A stretch of 64,000 nucleotides of DNA from Candidatus Desulfaltia sp. (GTDB taxonomy: Bacteria; Desulfobacterota; Desulfobacteria; Desulfobacterales; ETH-SRB1), in the NCBI GenBank assembly GCA_030656555.1, contig JAUSPN010000101.1, positions 2,941 to 66,940 on the forward strand, in the 5' to 3' direction. The notes under the pieces are model-generated. The model was not told the origin of the DNA. It did no database searches and saw only the letters and a program-made list of their open reading frames with translations. The position numbers and the translations under genes are program-made. Shown in pieces: positions 41,596 through 50,174 of this stretch. The stretch's first letter is position 1. Every line of letters starts with the position of its first letter.

Positions 41596-43023
41596 TTACC
41601 CTTTAACCCCCCTGTTCTGATAAGCTTTTTCATCTGAGGTAAAGTCTAAACTCCGACGTCTAAGAATATCGTAATAAATCATTACCTGATTAACATATTT
41701 TATTGGTTCTTCGCCCCTGCAATAACCGTATTTAGAGTTTTTATAATACTTTTCATATTGTAAAAGAGGTAGGGTTTTTTCCATAGAAGACCATTTGTCC
41801 GGGTCAAAGCTCCTTTGTCTCGCAAGATTTCTTGCATCCAGTATATGCCCCTGCCCGATATTATATGCGGCAAGAGCGATAAATAACCTGTCTGAAGAAT
41901 CTGCCTTGTCAAAATGGTCATATAGATTCTTTAAATGACGAATTCCTGCATTAATATTCTGTACCGGATCAAACACGTCATTTACGCCAAGACTGTCCGC
42001 AGTCGGAACTGTCAGTTGCATAAGGCCAAAGGCTTCTGAACGACTTGTTGCCTCAGGATTGAAATGAGACTCCTGATATATTTGAGCAGCTATCAGCCTC
42101 CAGTCAAACCCGTATTTACTTGCCACATCCTTAATAAGTTGACTGTATTGGGGCAATCTGGTTTTAAGCCTTATATGATATTCTCTAAGATCAACATAGT
42201 CAAAATTATCTATATCCGTATAGTATTTATTGTATATTTCGGCGAGCTTGCCGTTTCCTTTTATTTTTTTAAAAAAGAGATTGATTTTTTTTAGAAGTCT
42301 GGTTTCACCAGGCTTTACAGCCCAACCCAAATCTTCTTCGTTACTTATCGCTAATGCAAGCGCTATCTGAGGATAGTATCTTCGGTTAAGCAGGGCAATA
42401 TTTCTGTCCGCAATAGTGACTTCAATAGTTCCTTCCGCCACCTGTTTTATCAATTCATTTGTAGGTATATTGTCATACAGTTTAATTTTAATATCTATTC
42501 CATCTCTTTTAAGAGCTTCAATCCTTTCCTGGTAGGATGTTCCACTTCTGACGTGAACAGTCTTGCCTGCAAGATCCGCGGCTTTTTTAATGTCCATATT
42601 GTTACGACGGATGATAACATATTGTTGAGTTGGCATGTAACCGTCGGAAAAAGCAGCCTCTTTTTGCCTTTTAGGTGTAATATTCATGCTGGCGGCTATA
42701 AACGAACCTGTTCCATCTTTTAAAGCCGAAATCATCGAGCCCCATTTTTCAATGACATTTACCTCTAAAGCGACTCCAAGATAATCTGCAAAAAGCTTTG
42801 CAAGCTTATATTCAAAGCCCATGGCCTGGTCTCTGTATAAATAGTAACAATGTGAATTGTTACGAGTTATTACAGTGATTTTGCCTGCGTTAAGGATATT
42901 GTCCAGCTCACGAAACCCGGATGAATTTATATATACAAAAAGCAGATTGCAGGAAATAAACAAAAGAACAATTGCTTTATTGAACGGAGATTTCAGAATG
43001 TTATTGAAGCTATTTTCGGCCAT
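41596..43023 (-). CDS. MltF-like lytic transglycosylase (periplasmic solute-binding domain plus SLT domain)
   Basis: The N-terminal half resembles SBP family 3. The C-terminal half has IAAQIYQESHFNPEATSRSEAFGLMQL...AYNIGQGH. Confidence 0.8.
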   Translation of the reverse strand: MAENSFNNILKSPFNKAIVLLFISCNLLFVYINSSGFRELDNILNAGKITVITRNNSHCYYLYRDQAMGFEYKLAKLFADYLGVALEVNVIEKWGSMISALKDGTGSFIAASMNITPKRQKEAAFSDGYMPTQQYVIIRRNNMDIKKAADLAGKTVHVRSGTSYQERIEALKRDGIDIKIKLYDNIPTNELIKQVAEGTIEVTIADRNIALLNRRYYPQIALALAISNEEDLGWAVKPGETRLLKKINLFFKKIKGNGKLAEIYNKYYTDIDNFDYVDLREYHIRLKTRLPQYSQLIKDVASKYGFDWRLIAAQIYQESHFNPEATSRSEAFGLMQLTVPTADSLGVNDVFDPVQNINAGIRHLKNLYDHFDKADSSDRLFIALAAYNIGQGHILDARNLARQRSFDPDKWSSMEKTLPLLQYEKYYKNSKYGYCRGEEPIKYVNQVMIYYDILRRRSLDFTSDEKAYQNRGVKG

Positions 43024-43029
43024 TTAAAA

Positions 43030-43572
43030 TTAAAAAGCTCCTAATTGACATTTGATTATTTTGATATTCAGGGCTTCGCAGGCAGAGCTTACTATCATCT
43101 TAGGAACATTAAATTTGGATGCTATCTCCCATGCACTTATGCAAGACAGTCTTCCTTCAATCAGCCTGTCTTTAATTGCTGTTTTTAAGTTCTGGTCTTC
43201 GGGCTCTTTAGCTTTAATGGTTTTTTTTTCAGGTTTATAACCAAACAGGCCGAGCTGGCATTTGGTCAGCCTGAAATTTAGAAGATCGACAGTCCTTCCC
43301 ACTTCAGCAGCTGCAACCTGCAGGCTATCTGCAATCTGAAATGTAACAAGACATGGGAGCTTGCCGTCTTTATTCTGCTTTAAAATCTCGTTTTTAATAA
43401 TAGTATTTATTTGTGTTTTGTTTTGATGTTTTGCTGCAAATTTATTGTTTTTCTGATCGATCATTATTTTATCCCTTTCGTTAACATGGCTTGATGTTGA
43501 GCTGGCGATTTTATACAGCAATTCAATTAAAAACACAATTATAAAGCATAGCACTTCTATTTGCTTGAACAA
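43030..43572 (-). CDS. Hypothetical protein with two tandem modules each ending KCQLG(L/A)F
   Basis: LPCLVTFQIADSLQVAAAEVGRTVDLLNFRLTKCQLGLF and LSCISAWEIASKFNVPKMIVSSACEALNIKIIKCQLGAF. The true start is probably the internal Met near 43464. Confidence 0.4.
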   Translation of the reverse strand: MFKQIEVLCFIIVFLIELLYKIASSTSSHVNERDKIMIDQKNNKFAAKHQNKTQINTIIKNEILKQNKDGKLPCLVTFQIADSLQVAAAEVGRTVDLLNFRLTKCQLGLFGYKPEKKTIKAKEPEDQNLKTAIKDRLIEGRLSCISAWEIASKFNVPKMIVSSACEALNIKIIKCQLGAF

Positions 43573-43601
43573 AGTTGAAGCCTTTGTTAATATTTTTAAT
43601 T

Positions 43602-44714
43602 ATGAAAATAAAACGTAAAAAAACACGTCAAATCATGGTCGGAAAAGTAAAGGTCGGAGGAATGGCTCCAGTTGCTGTTCAGTCCATGACTAATACCTTT
43701 ACGCAGGATGTCACAGCCACGGTTTTACAAATAAAACGTTTGGAAAAAGCCGGGTGTGAGATTGTCCGGGTGGCTGTTCCGGATAAGGAGGCAGCCGAGG
43801 CAATTTCTGCAATAAAGGATAAAATATCGATTCCTCTTATAGCAGATATCCATTTTGACTACCGCCTGGCAATTGCCTCGGCTATGGCCGGAGCTGATGG
43901 CTTGAGGTTAAATCCAGGCAATATAGGAGGGGCCAAAAAAATAAAGGCAGTTGTTGACTGCGCAAAAGATTTTAATATTCCAATCAGGATAGGAGTTAAT
44001 TCCGGCTCTATTGAAAAAGATATTTTGAAAAAATATAAAGGCGTTACTGTTGAGGGTATGGTTGAAAGCGCCGTCCGTAATATAGAATTATTAACATCAT
44101 ATGGCTTTTATGATATAAAATTATCTATAAAAGCATCGGATGTGCTCCGCAGTGTTGAGGCTTACAGGCTGCTTTCATCAAAAACCGATTTCCCTCTTCA
44201 TGTGGGTATAACAGAGGCCGGTCCTCTTTATCCGGGAATAGTTAAATCATCACTCGGCATAGGGATGCTTCTCGCAGAAGGGATAGGTGATACGATCCGT
44301 GTTTCTTTGACCAGAGATCCTGTCGAAGAGGTTCGTGTGGGCTATGAAATCCTGAAGGCTCTTGATATTCGCCGGCATGGCCCTGATATAATATCATGCC
44401 CGACCTGTGGTCGGTGCAATATTGATCTGTTTAATATTGTAGAACAGGTTGAAAGCGCCCTTGTGTCAAATCCTATGCCGGTTAAGATAGCCATAATGGG
44501 ATGCATTGTAAACGGCCCGGGAGAAGCAAGGGAAGCGGATATCGGAATTGCAGGCGCTGACGGCGCTGGGATACTGTTTAAAAAAGGAAAGGTGATAAAA
44601 AAGTTTCCTCAGGAAAAACTCGTTGATGTTCTACTGAAAGAACTTGAGCAGATGGCAGGAAAAACCAACTATTTTCACCACGCAGCACACAGAGACCACG
44701 GAGAAAATCGGTGA
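43602..44714 (+). CDS. ispG: 4-hydroxy-3-methylbut-2-enyl diphosphate synthase IspG
   Basis: KVGGMAPVAVQSMTNT...RVAVPD...ISCPTCGRC. ATG at 43602 preferred. The last ~15 codons (HHAAHRDHGENR) read into a CACAGAG-word repeat arm. Confidence 0.93.
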   Translation: MKIKRKKTRQIMVGKVKVGGMAPVAVQSMTNTFTQDVTATVLQIKRLEKAGCEIVRVAVPDKEAAEAISAIKDKISIPLIADIHFDYRLAIASAMAGADGLRLNPGNIGGAKKIKAVVDCAKDFNIPIRIGVNSGSIEKDILKKYKGVTVEGMVESAVRNIELLTSYGFYDIKLSIKASDVLRSVEAYRLLSSKTDFPLHVGITEAGPLYPGIVKSSLGIGMLLAEGIGDTIRVSLTRDPVEEVRVGYEILKALDIRRHGPDIISCPTCGRCNIDLFNIVEQVESALVSNPMPVKIAIMGCIVNGPGEAREADIGIAGADGAGILFKKGKVIKKFPQEKLVDVLLKELEQMAGKTNYFHHAAHRDHGENR

Positions 44715-44741
44715 AGTCTGGGGTGAATGAAAGGAGCATTT

Positions 44742-45297
44742 ATGAGTAAAAATGGAGTTGTTCCGGTTGATCAGATTGAAAGCATTATCTTTCTGATACG
44801 CGCTCAAAAGGTCATGTTAAGCCCTCACCTGGCGGAACATTGAACCGCGCGTTCTGGTTCAGGCAGTAAAGCGAAATATCGATAGGTTTCCAGTAGACTT
44901 TATGTTCCAGTTATCAGATGATGAGTTTGCTAACTTGAAATCACAAATTGTGACTTCAAGTTGGGGCGGCCCTCGCAGAGCAAAACCATACGCTTTTACA
45001 GAACAAGGGGTTGCAATGCTTTCCAGTGTTCTGAAAAGCAAGCGTGCGGTTCAGGTTAATATTGAGATCATGCGTGCCTTCGTGCAACTCCGCGAAATGC
45101 TGGCTTCTAACGTGGAGCTTGCCGGTAAGCTGAAACAAATGGAAAAGAAATATGATAAACAGTTTAAGATCGTCTTTGAAGCTATTCGCCAGCTCATGAC
45201 GCCGCTTGCAAAACCACGCAAGAAGATTGGCTTTATAGTAAAGGAAAAGCAAGCTGCCTATGGCAAAATGACAAAGGGAAGTAGAAAAAAGAAATGA
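44742..45297 (+). pseudogene. ORF6N-domain (KilA-N-like DNA-binding) gene disrupted by a frameshift
   Basis: Frame A gives [33 protein letters not shown], stopping at 44841. Frame B, open from 44821, gives ..[66 protein letters not shown]. Together they rebuild a typical ORF6N protein if a small out-of-frame deletion lies near 44835-44841. Confidence 0.65.
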
Positions 45298-45518
45298 TAC
45301 CGAAAAAGACAACATTCAATAAAAATAATATCATTAAGGGTCAAAGGCAGACCTTACCCCTTTTTTATTCACCAGATAAAAGCGGCATCAAAGTGGCCAA
45401 ATACATGACCGAACTCCCGAAACGCGAACTACTGGAGCAGAAGTTTCACAAAGCGGTTGAATTAGCGCAAAAACGGCCGGAGGCAAAACCTGCATGGTGC
45501 AATACAGAACACAAATGA
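45294..45518 (+). CDS. Small hypothetical protein, start overlapping the ORF6N stop (ATGA)
   Basis: 74-aa track ORF with no domain I can name. Confidence 0.3.
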   Translation: MIPKKTTFNKNNIIKGQRQTLPLFYSPDKSGIKVAKYMTELPKRELLEQKFHKAVELAQKRPEAKPAWCNTEHK

Positions 45519-45633
45519 TGTCAGCGGGATAAAGTGAATCGGAGGATGGTATACATATTATTGCCTTTTTTCTTCGGGAAATAAGTGTACTGTACCTGGA
45601 ATTACAAAAACTAAAATATACACCCAAGGAAAA

Positions 45634-46794
45634 ATGAAAATGAAAAACATTGAGTTAAAACTGAAAGAATTTGAGTTTTCTGAAAAGAGTGAAAAACATC
45701 TTGATTGGAGCATTGAAAAATTCTCGTTAGGAGAATTTAATATAATATTAAGTGATAATGCTCAAGGCAAAACTAGAATGTTTAACATATTGAGATTTCT
45801 AAAGGATATTCACACAGTTGGACGGAAATTCAATAATCCTAATTACAAAGCTAAGGCTACTCTTTGGTTTGAATCAGGTGAAGATAAGATATTTTATGAT
45901 TTAGCTTTTGCCGGAGAGCCAAAAGGCGATGGGCTTGTTTTCAATGAAATTGTAAAAAGAAATGAAATTGTCCTGTTTGACAGATCAAAAAAGATGCTAA
46001 TTGATGAAACTAACAATGAACAGGTTGGTAAATTTTTTCTGCCAAGCAATGCGCCGGTGGCCTTAGCAGTGAAAGATAAAGAATATATAACTATAAATTT
46101 GATACAAGATTTCTTTTCTCGAATGCTCTTCTTAGAAGCAAACCGTTTTGCACCCGATAAATTATCAATTGATATGGCTGCCATGACTTTAGACACGAAG
46201 GGGCAAAATATCGGCTGTGTTTTGAATAATTGGAAGAAAAAGAAACCGTTATTATACAATGAAGTTGTTGAAGTTTTTAGAGATTGCTTCCCTTTTATAG
46301 AAGATATTTCTATCGAAAAAAAAGCATTTGTACCTGGAATACCCGATTCTCCGATGATGTACATAAAAGAAAAAGATATAGATAGAAAAATTATTCAAAC
46401 TGCATGGAGTGACGGTATGTTAAGGGCTTTGGGTCATTTTATCGTAGTTAGCACTCAATTCCAAAGCGAAACTGATGCAGTAATTAGACCAAGTTTCATT
46501 GGGGTTGATGAAGTTGAAAACGGGCTTGATTTTAATGTATTAGCTAAAGTTATAGAATACTATGAATCATATAGTAGTTTAATTCAAATTGTAATAGCGA
46601 CTCATTCACCTTTGGTTTGCAATATGGTTGGAGCAGATAACTGGTTGATAATGAAAAGGAAAGGTGTAAAAGTTAAGGTCTTTTCTCCTTCCAATGTTGA
46701 GAATTTAGAAACTGAGAGGCGGAAGATTAAAAAAGACAACTGGGAATTTTATCGAAGGCATATTGCTAAATCGAAACTATATAGGATTAAGTAA
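45634..46794 (+). CDS. ABC/SMC-like AAA ATPase (AAA_15/21-type) with an atypical Walker A
   Basis: ILSDNAQGKT (Walker A with Ser in place of the first Gly), WSDGMLRAL (signature-like), SFIGVDEVENGLD (Walker B/D-loop), VIATHSP (H-loop). Confidence 0.7.
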   Translation: MKMKNIELKLKEFEFSEKSEKHLDWSIEKFSLGEFNIILSDNAQGKTRMFNILRFLKDIHTVGRKFNNPNYKAKATLWFESGEDKIFYDLAFAGEPKGDGLVFNEIVKRNEIVLFDRSKKMLIDETNNEQVGKFFLPSNAPVALAVKDKEYITINLIQDFFSRMLFLEANRFAPDKLSIDMAAMTLDTKGQNIGCVLNNWKKKKPLLYNEVVEVFRDCFPFIEDISIEKKAFVPGIPDSPMMYIKEKDIDRKIIQTAWSDGMLRALGHFIVVSTQFQSETDAVIRPSFIGVDEVENGLDFNVLAKVIEYYESYSSLIQIVIATHSPLVCNMVGADNWLIMKRKGVKVKVFSPSNVENLETERRKIKKDNWEFYRRHIAKSKLYRIK

Positions 46795-47456
46795 TGAAGG
46801 CAGTCATATACTATGAAGGCCCTTCCGAGAGAAAAATGATTAATCATCTTCTATATAAATCCTCTCAAATCATTATTCGTACGGAAGATTATAAAGAGTT
46901 TTTAGACGCACCAATAGACCAGAATTGCATCCTGTTTTATGATTGTAAAGGAGATGGAAATGTCTTTCCGAGTATTGCTAAAACTCCTTATTACTATGAA
47001 AATGATGAGCAAATAATAATTATAAGGGATTTAGAAACTACAGATTGTTTCACTCTGCTAAAAGACGAGTTGAACGATTATTGTCCAGAATTACCAGAGG
47101 CCCGTACAAAGCCTATTTTTGCCAAATATACATTAGAACACGTATATCTTGCCGATTTGGATATCTTTAAACAAGTATTTCGTTTGACGTATAGGAAAAA
47201 AACAGGGAAAGAGATTCCTGACAACGAAAGATTTGAGAAATTAATCGGCAATTTAGACCCTATAAAACCTGACTTAAAGGGGATATTTAGGGCTTATGGG
47301 ATAGCATTTCATAAGTCAGCAATAGCACATGAATTTTTTGCAAGGTTCGACTTCCACAATTCGAACCATCCTTATTTCATCAGGCTCGTTAAGTCATTAC
47401 ATAAGCTATTGCATGAACCGGAAAATGGGGGCGGCCTTGACATGGAACAAAGTTAA
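46794..47456 (+). CDS. TOPRIM-like partner protein (DUF4276/RloB/DUF4435-like)
   Basis: 1-nt overlap (TAATG) with the ATPase. N-terminus is MKAVIYYEGPSERKMINHLL, with an acidic IIIIRDLETTD block and a C-terminal AIAHEFFARF...YFIRLVKSL. The family assignment is from memory of these families. Confidence 0.45.
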   Translation: MKAVIYYEGPSERKMINHLLYKSSQIIIRTEDYKEFLDAPIDQNCILFYDCKGDGNVFPSIAKTPYYYENDEQIIIIRDLETTDCFTLLKDELNDYCPELPEARTKPIFAKYTLEHVYLADLDIFKQVFRLTYRKKTGKEIPDNERFEKLIGNLDPIKPDLKGIFRAYGIAFHKSAIAHEFFARFDFHNSNHPYFIRLVKSLHKLLHEPENGGGLDMEQS

Positions 47457-47583
47457 GTACTTGGCCTACCAATCAATCCAGCGGACGTGGTAAAGGGTGC
47501 TGCTGATCTTTTTGTTGGTCCATGCAACTTGCAACAGTGTTCTTCATTAGAGTCTATGACCACTTAGAATCCAGGAGTATTTC

Positions 47584-47793
47584 ATGGCAAAGACCGATCT
47601 TACAGACGAAGAAAAGAAAACAATAATTGAGACGCTGAATAACAATGTTGAACCGCCTTCGGAGCTAATGACAAAACTCTTTCCGGGACTGGCGGAAAAA
47701 TTCGATGTGGCGAAACTGGACAGGGCTAAGGTCGTCACCCTTGAATATGTGGGGAAAAGGAATCGAAGGGGAAATCAGAGGACATATTATTGA
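47584..47793 (+). pseudogene. Orphan fragment resembling the N-terminus of a Mod methyltransferase
   Basis: TDEEKKTIIETLNNNVEPPSELMTKLFP...LEYVGKR parallels the N-terminus of the next gene (TESEKQKIIEMIKASKPIPVIYKNKLF...LVYKGKTRKEDI) at protein level only. It stops soon after. Confidence 0.35.
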
Positions 47794-47885
47794 AACAATC
47801 AAGCAATTGATGCAGCCGTCGAAAAAACCGAGAAAGAGAATAAGTTAGAAAATTAGAGTAACAGTATGATACCAAGGGCAATATT

Positions 47886-50174
47886 TTGAAACTTACCGAA
47901 AGTGAAAAGCAGAAAATCATTGAAATGATCAAGGCAAGCAAGCCGATCCCTGTAATTTACAAAAACAAGCTTTTTGATTCAGATGATTCGGAATTCATCG
48001 AGGCTACCAAAGACTACAGGCTGGTTTATAAGGGAAAAACACGGAAAGAGGATATTATTGCAGGCACGCCTGTCGCACCTTTTCAGAAAGTCCGTTCCTT
48101 TAACAGCGACAATTCCTTTGATGAAGACTGGCGGAATATGCTCATTTTCGGCGACAATCTTCTTGCCCTTAAAACCATCTATGATGATCAGCGAAACGAA
48201 AACAGATATAAGACAAAAAACCGCATAAAGCTCATCTACATCGATCCCCCCTTTGCCACCAAACAGGATTTCATGAAAGACCGGGAAAAGGCGTACCGTG
48301 ACAAGATTATCGGGGCGCAGTTTATTGAATTTTTGCGCAAACGCTTGATTCTCATGCGGGAGATTCTGGCCGACAACGGCTCTATTTATGTGCACCTGGA
48401 CTGGAAGAAAGGGCATTATATCAAGGCCATAATGGATGAGGTATTTGGAGAGCATAATTTTCAAAACGAAGTTATTTGGCATTATAGGCTGTGGACAGCT
48501 GGAGATAAAAAATTTCAAAATATGCATGACACAGTTTTCTTTTATACAAAATCAGAAAATTCTTTTTTTAATCTTCCCTATGATCCTTATGGTGATTGGA
48601 TAAAAAAGGATTATCAATATTTTGATGAAGAAAGTGGTAAACGATGGAGATGGCATACTGTAAAGGGAAAACGATATAAAGTATTTCTTGAAGATGAAAA
48701 TAGGGGTGTAAAGTCTAATGATGTTTGGGAAATTCCGTATATAGTATCTACTGCGATAGAAAGAAAAATAACTGGAAATTATCCAACCCAAAAACCGGAA
48801 CAATTATTAGAGAGAATAATATCTGCCTCATCTAACGAAAATGACATCATCCTCGACGCCTTCGCCGGTTCCGGCACCACCCTTGCCGTTGCAGAAAAAC
48901 TTGGCCGCCGCTGGATCGGAATGGACTGCGGGAAACTTGCTATTTACACCATCCAGAAAAGAATGCTCAATCTCACCACCCGAATCGGTTCCGCGAAAAA
49001 TGATGACCGCCGGGATTATGAACGGGTGGATGATTTCGAAGATCATTCCAAAAATTCCCGCGGTCTGTTTTTTGTCTATGAGAAAGCCCGCAGGGGTGAT
49101 CTGGCAATTACCGACACATTCCTCAAAAACTTTGCCGGTTTTATTTCAGAAAATCTATCCGGCAATAAAGAACAATCCTTTTCGCTGGCTTGTCCTAAAG
49201 ACAAGTTCAAAGTCCACAAGCTGAAAGTAACGGAAAACGAAGACGGAAAAGCGGGGGAAAAGATTGTAACGGTGGGCAAAGTCAGATTTCGAATTTCCTT
49301 TATCCTGTCAAAAGAAAAGACCGAAAAGGAAAAACCACTGAAGGCAAAAGAATTCACGCTCTACAACGCCGGCATCTACGATAATAAACAGATCCTTAAT
49401 ATGGATTGGGAGTCTTATAAGCCTTTTGTCACCCAGCTTTTTGGCCTTCGCCCCGAATCTCACAAGATACACGGCTTCATGGCAGACGGCTATATCGGCA
49501 TTCATTCAGCTTATATATGGGACTATCCGAATCAGAAAAATTTAATCCTTGATACAGGATATGTCAAAACACTGCACACGGTTTTAGGTGGCAGGGCCGG
49601 CAATAAATTCTATGTAATTGCCCCTGTTATCTCGATGGGATTTATGGAAGATGAAATTCCAATCGACGGAACCACCTACGTTTTTCTGAAAGTTCCTCTA
49701 TCCATATTGATGGCGCTCATTGAAAAGGGCGAGCCGGGAAGTCTGAAACAGCCGGTTAGTGAAAATGATGTCAACGAAGTAATCGACGCGGTTGGATTTG
49801 ACTTTATCTCCCAGCCCGTGGTTGCTGCAAGGTACTGCCGGAAAGCGCCGGAAAACCGGAATCTGTTTAACCAGGATCATAAGGATTTTGTCATTGAAAT
49901 CACTCAATTCAAGTCCAATACTCTTGTCTACGATCCGGAGGATTTTGAAAATTTTGAAACCCTTTCAATGGTATTGATCGATACCAATTACAACGGCGGG
50001 TATTTCAATCTGGATAATGCCTTCTGGGCAGATAAAATACTTGATGATGCTAAAACCAAAGCCGTTATAAGAATCCCGCAAAATGAATTTGCCGGCAAAA
50101 AGATGCTGGTAATATTTATGGATAAGTATGGAAATGAACTCAAAGTTTTGAAATCAAAAGGGGATTTCAAATGA
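47886..50174 (+). CDS. mod: Type III restriction-modification methyltransferase (Mod)
   Basis: IKLIYIDPPFATKQDF (motif IV) and ILDAFAGSGTTLAVAEKLGRRWIGMD (motif I). TTG start is uncertain. 4-nt overlap with res. Confidence 0.85.
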   Translation: MKLTESEKQKIIEMIKASKPIPVIYKNKLFDSDDSEFIEATKDYRLVYKGKTRKEDIIAGTPVAPFQKVRSFNSDNSFDEDWRNMLIFGDNLLALKTIYDDQRNENRYKTKNRIKLIYIDPPFATKQDFMKDREKAYRDKIIGAQFIEFLRKRLILMREILADNGSIYVHLDWKKGHYIKAIMDEVFGEHNFQNEVIWHYRLWTAGDKKFQNMHDTVFFYTKSENSFFNLPYDPYGDWIKKDYQYFDEESGKRWRWHTVKGKRYKVFLEDENRGVKSNDVWEIPYIVSTAIERKITGNYPTQKPEQLLERIISASSNENDIILDAFAGSGTTLAVAEKLGRRWIGMDCGKLAIYTIQKRMLNLTTRIGSAKNDDRRDYERVDDFEDHSKNSRGLFFVYEKARRGDLAITDTFLKNFAGFISENLSGNKEQSFSLACPKDKFKVHKLKVTENEDGKAGEKIVTVGKVRFRISFILSKEKTEKEKPLKAKEFTLYNAGIYDNKQILNMDWESYKPFVTQLFGLRPESHKIHGFMADGYIGIHSAYIWDYPNQKNLILDTGYVKTLHTVLGGRAGNKFYVIAPVISMGFMEDEIPIDGTTYVFLKVPLSILMALIEKGEPGSLKQPVSENDVNEVIDAVGFDFISQPVVAARYCRKAPENRNLFNQDHKDFVIEITQFKSNTLVYDPEDFENFETLSMVLIDTNYNGGYFNLDNAFWADKILDDAKTKAVIRIPQNEFAGKKMLVIFMDKYGNELKVLKSKGDFK

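Noticed and set aside
45894-46364. 156-aa minus-strand ORF inside the ATPase gene (and 47979-48527 inside mod)
   Set aside because: Both are antisense shadows of longer motif-bearing genes, with low-complexity translations.
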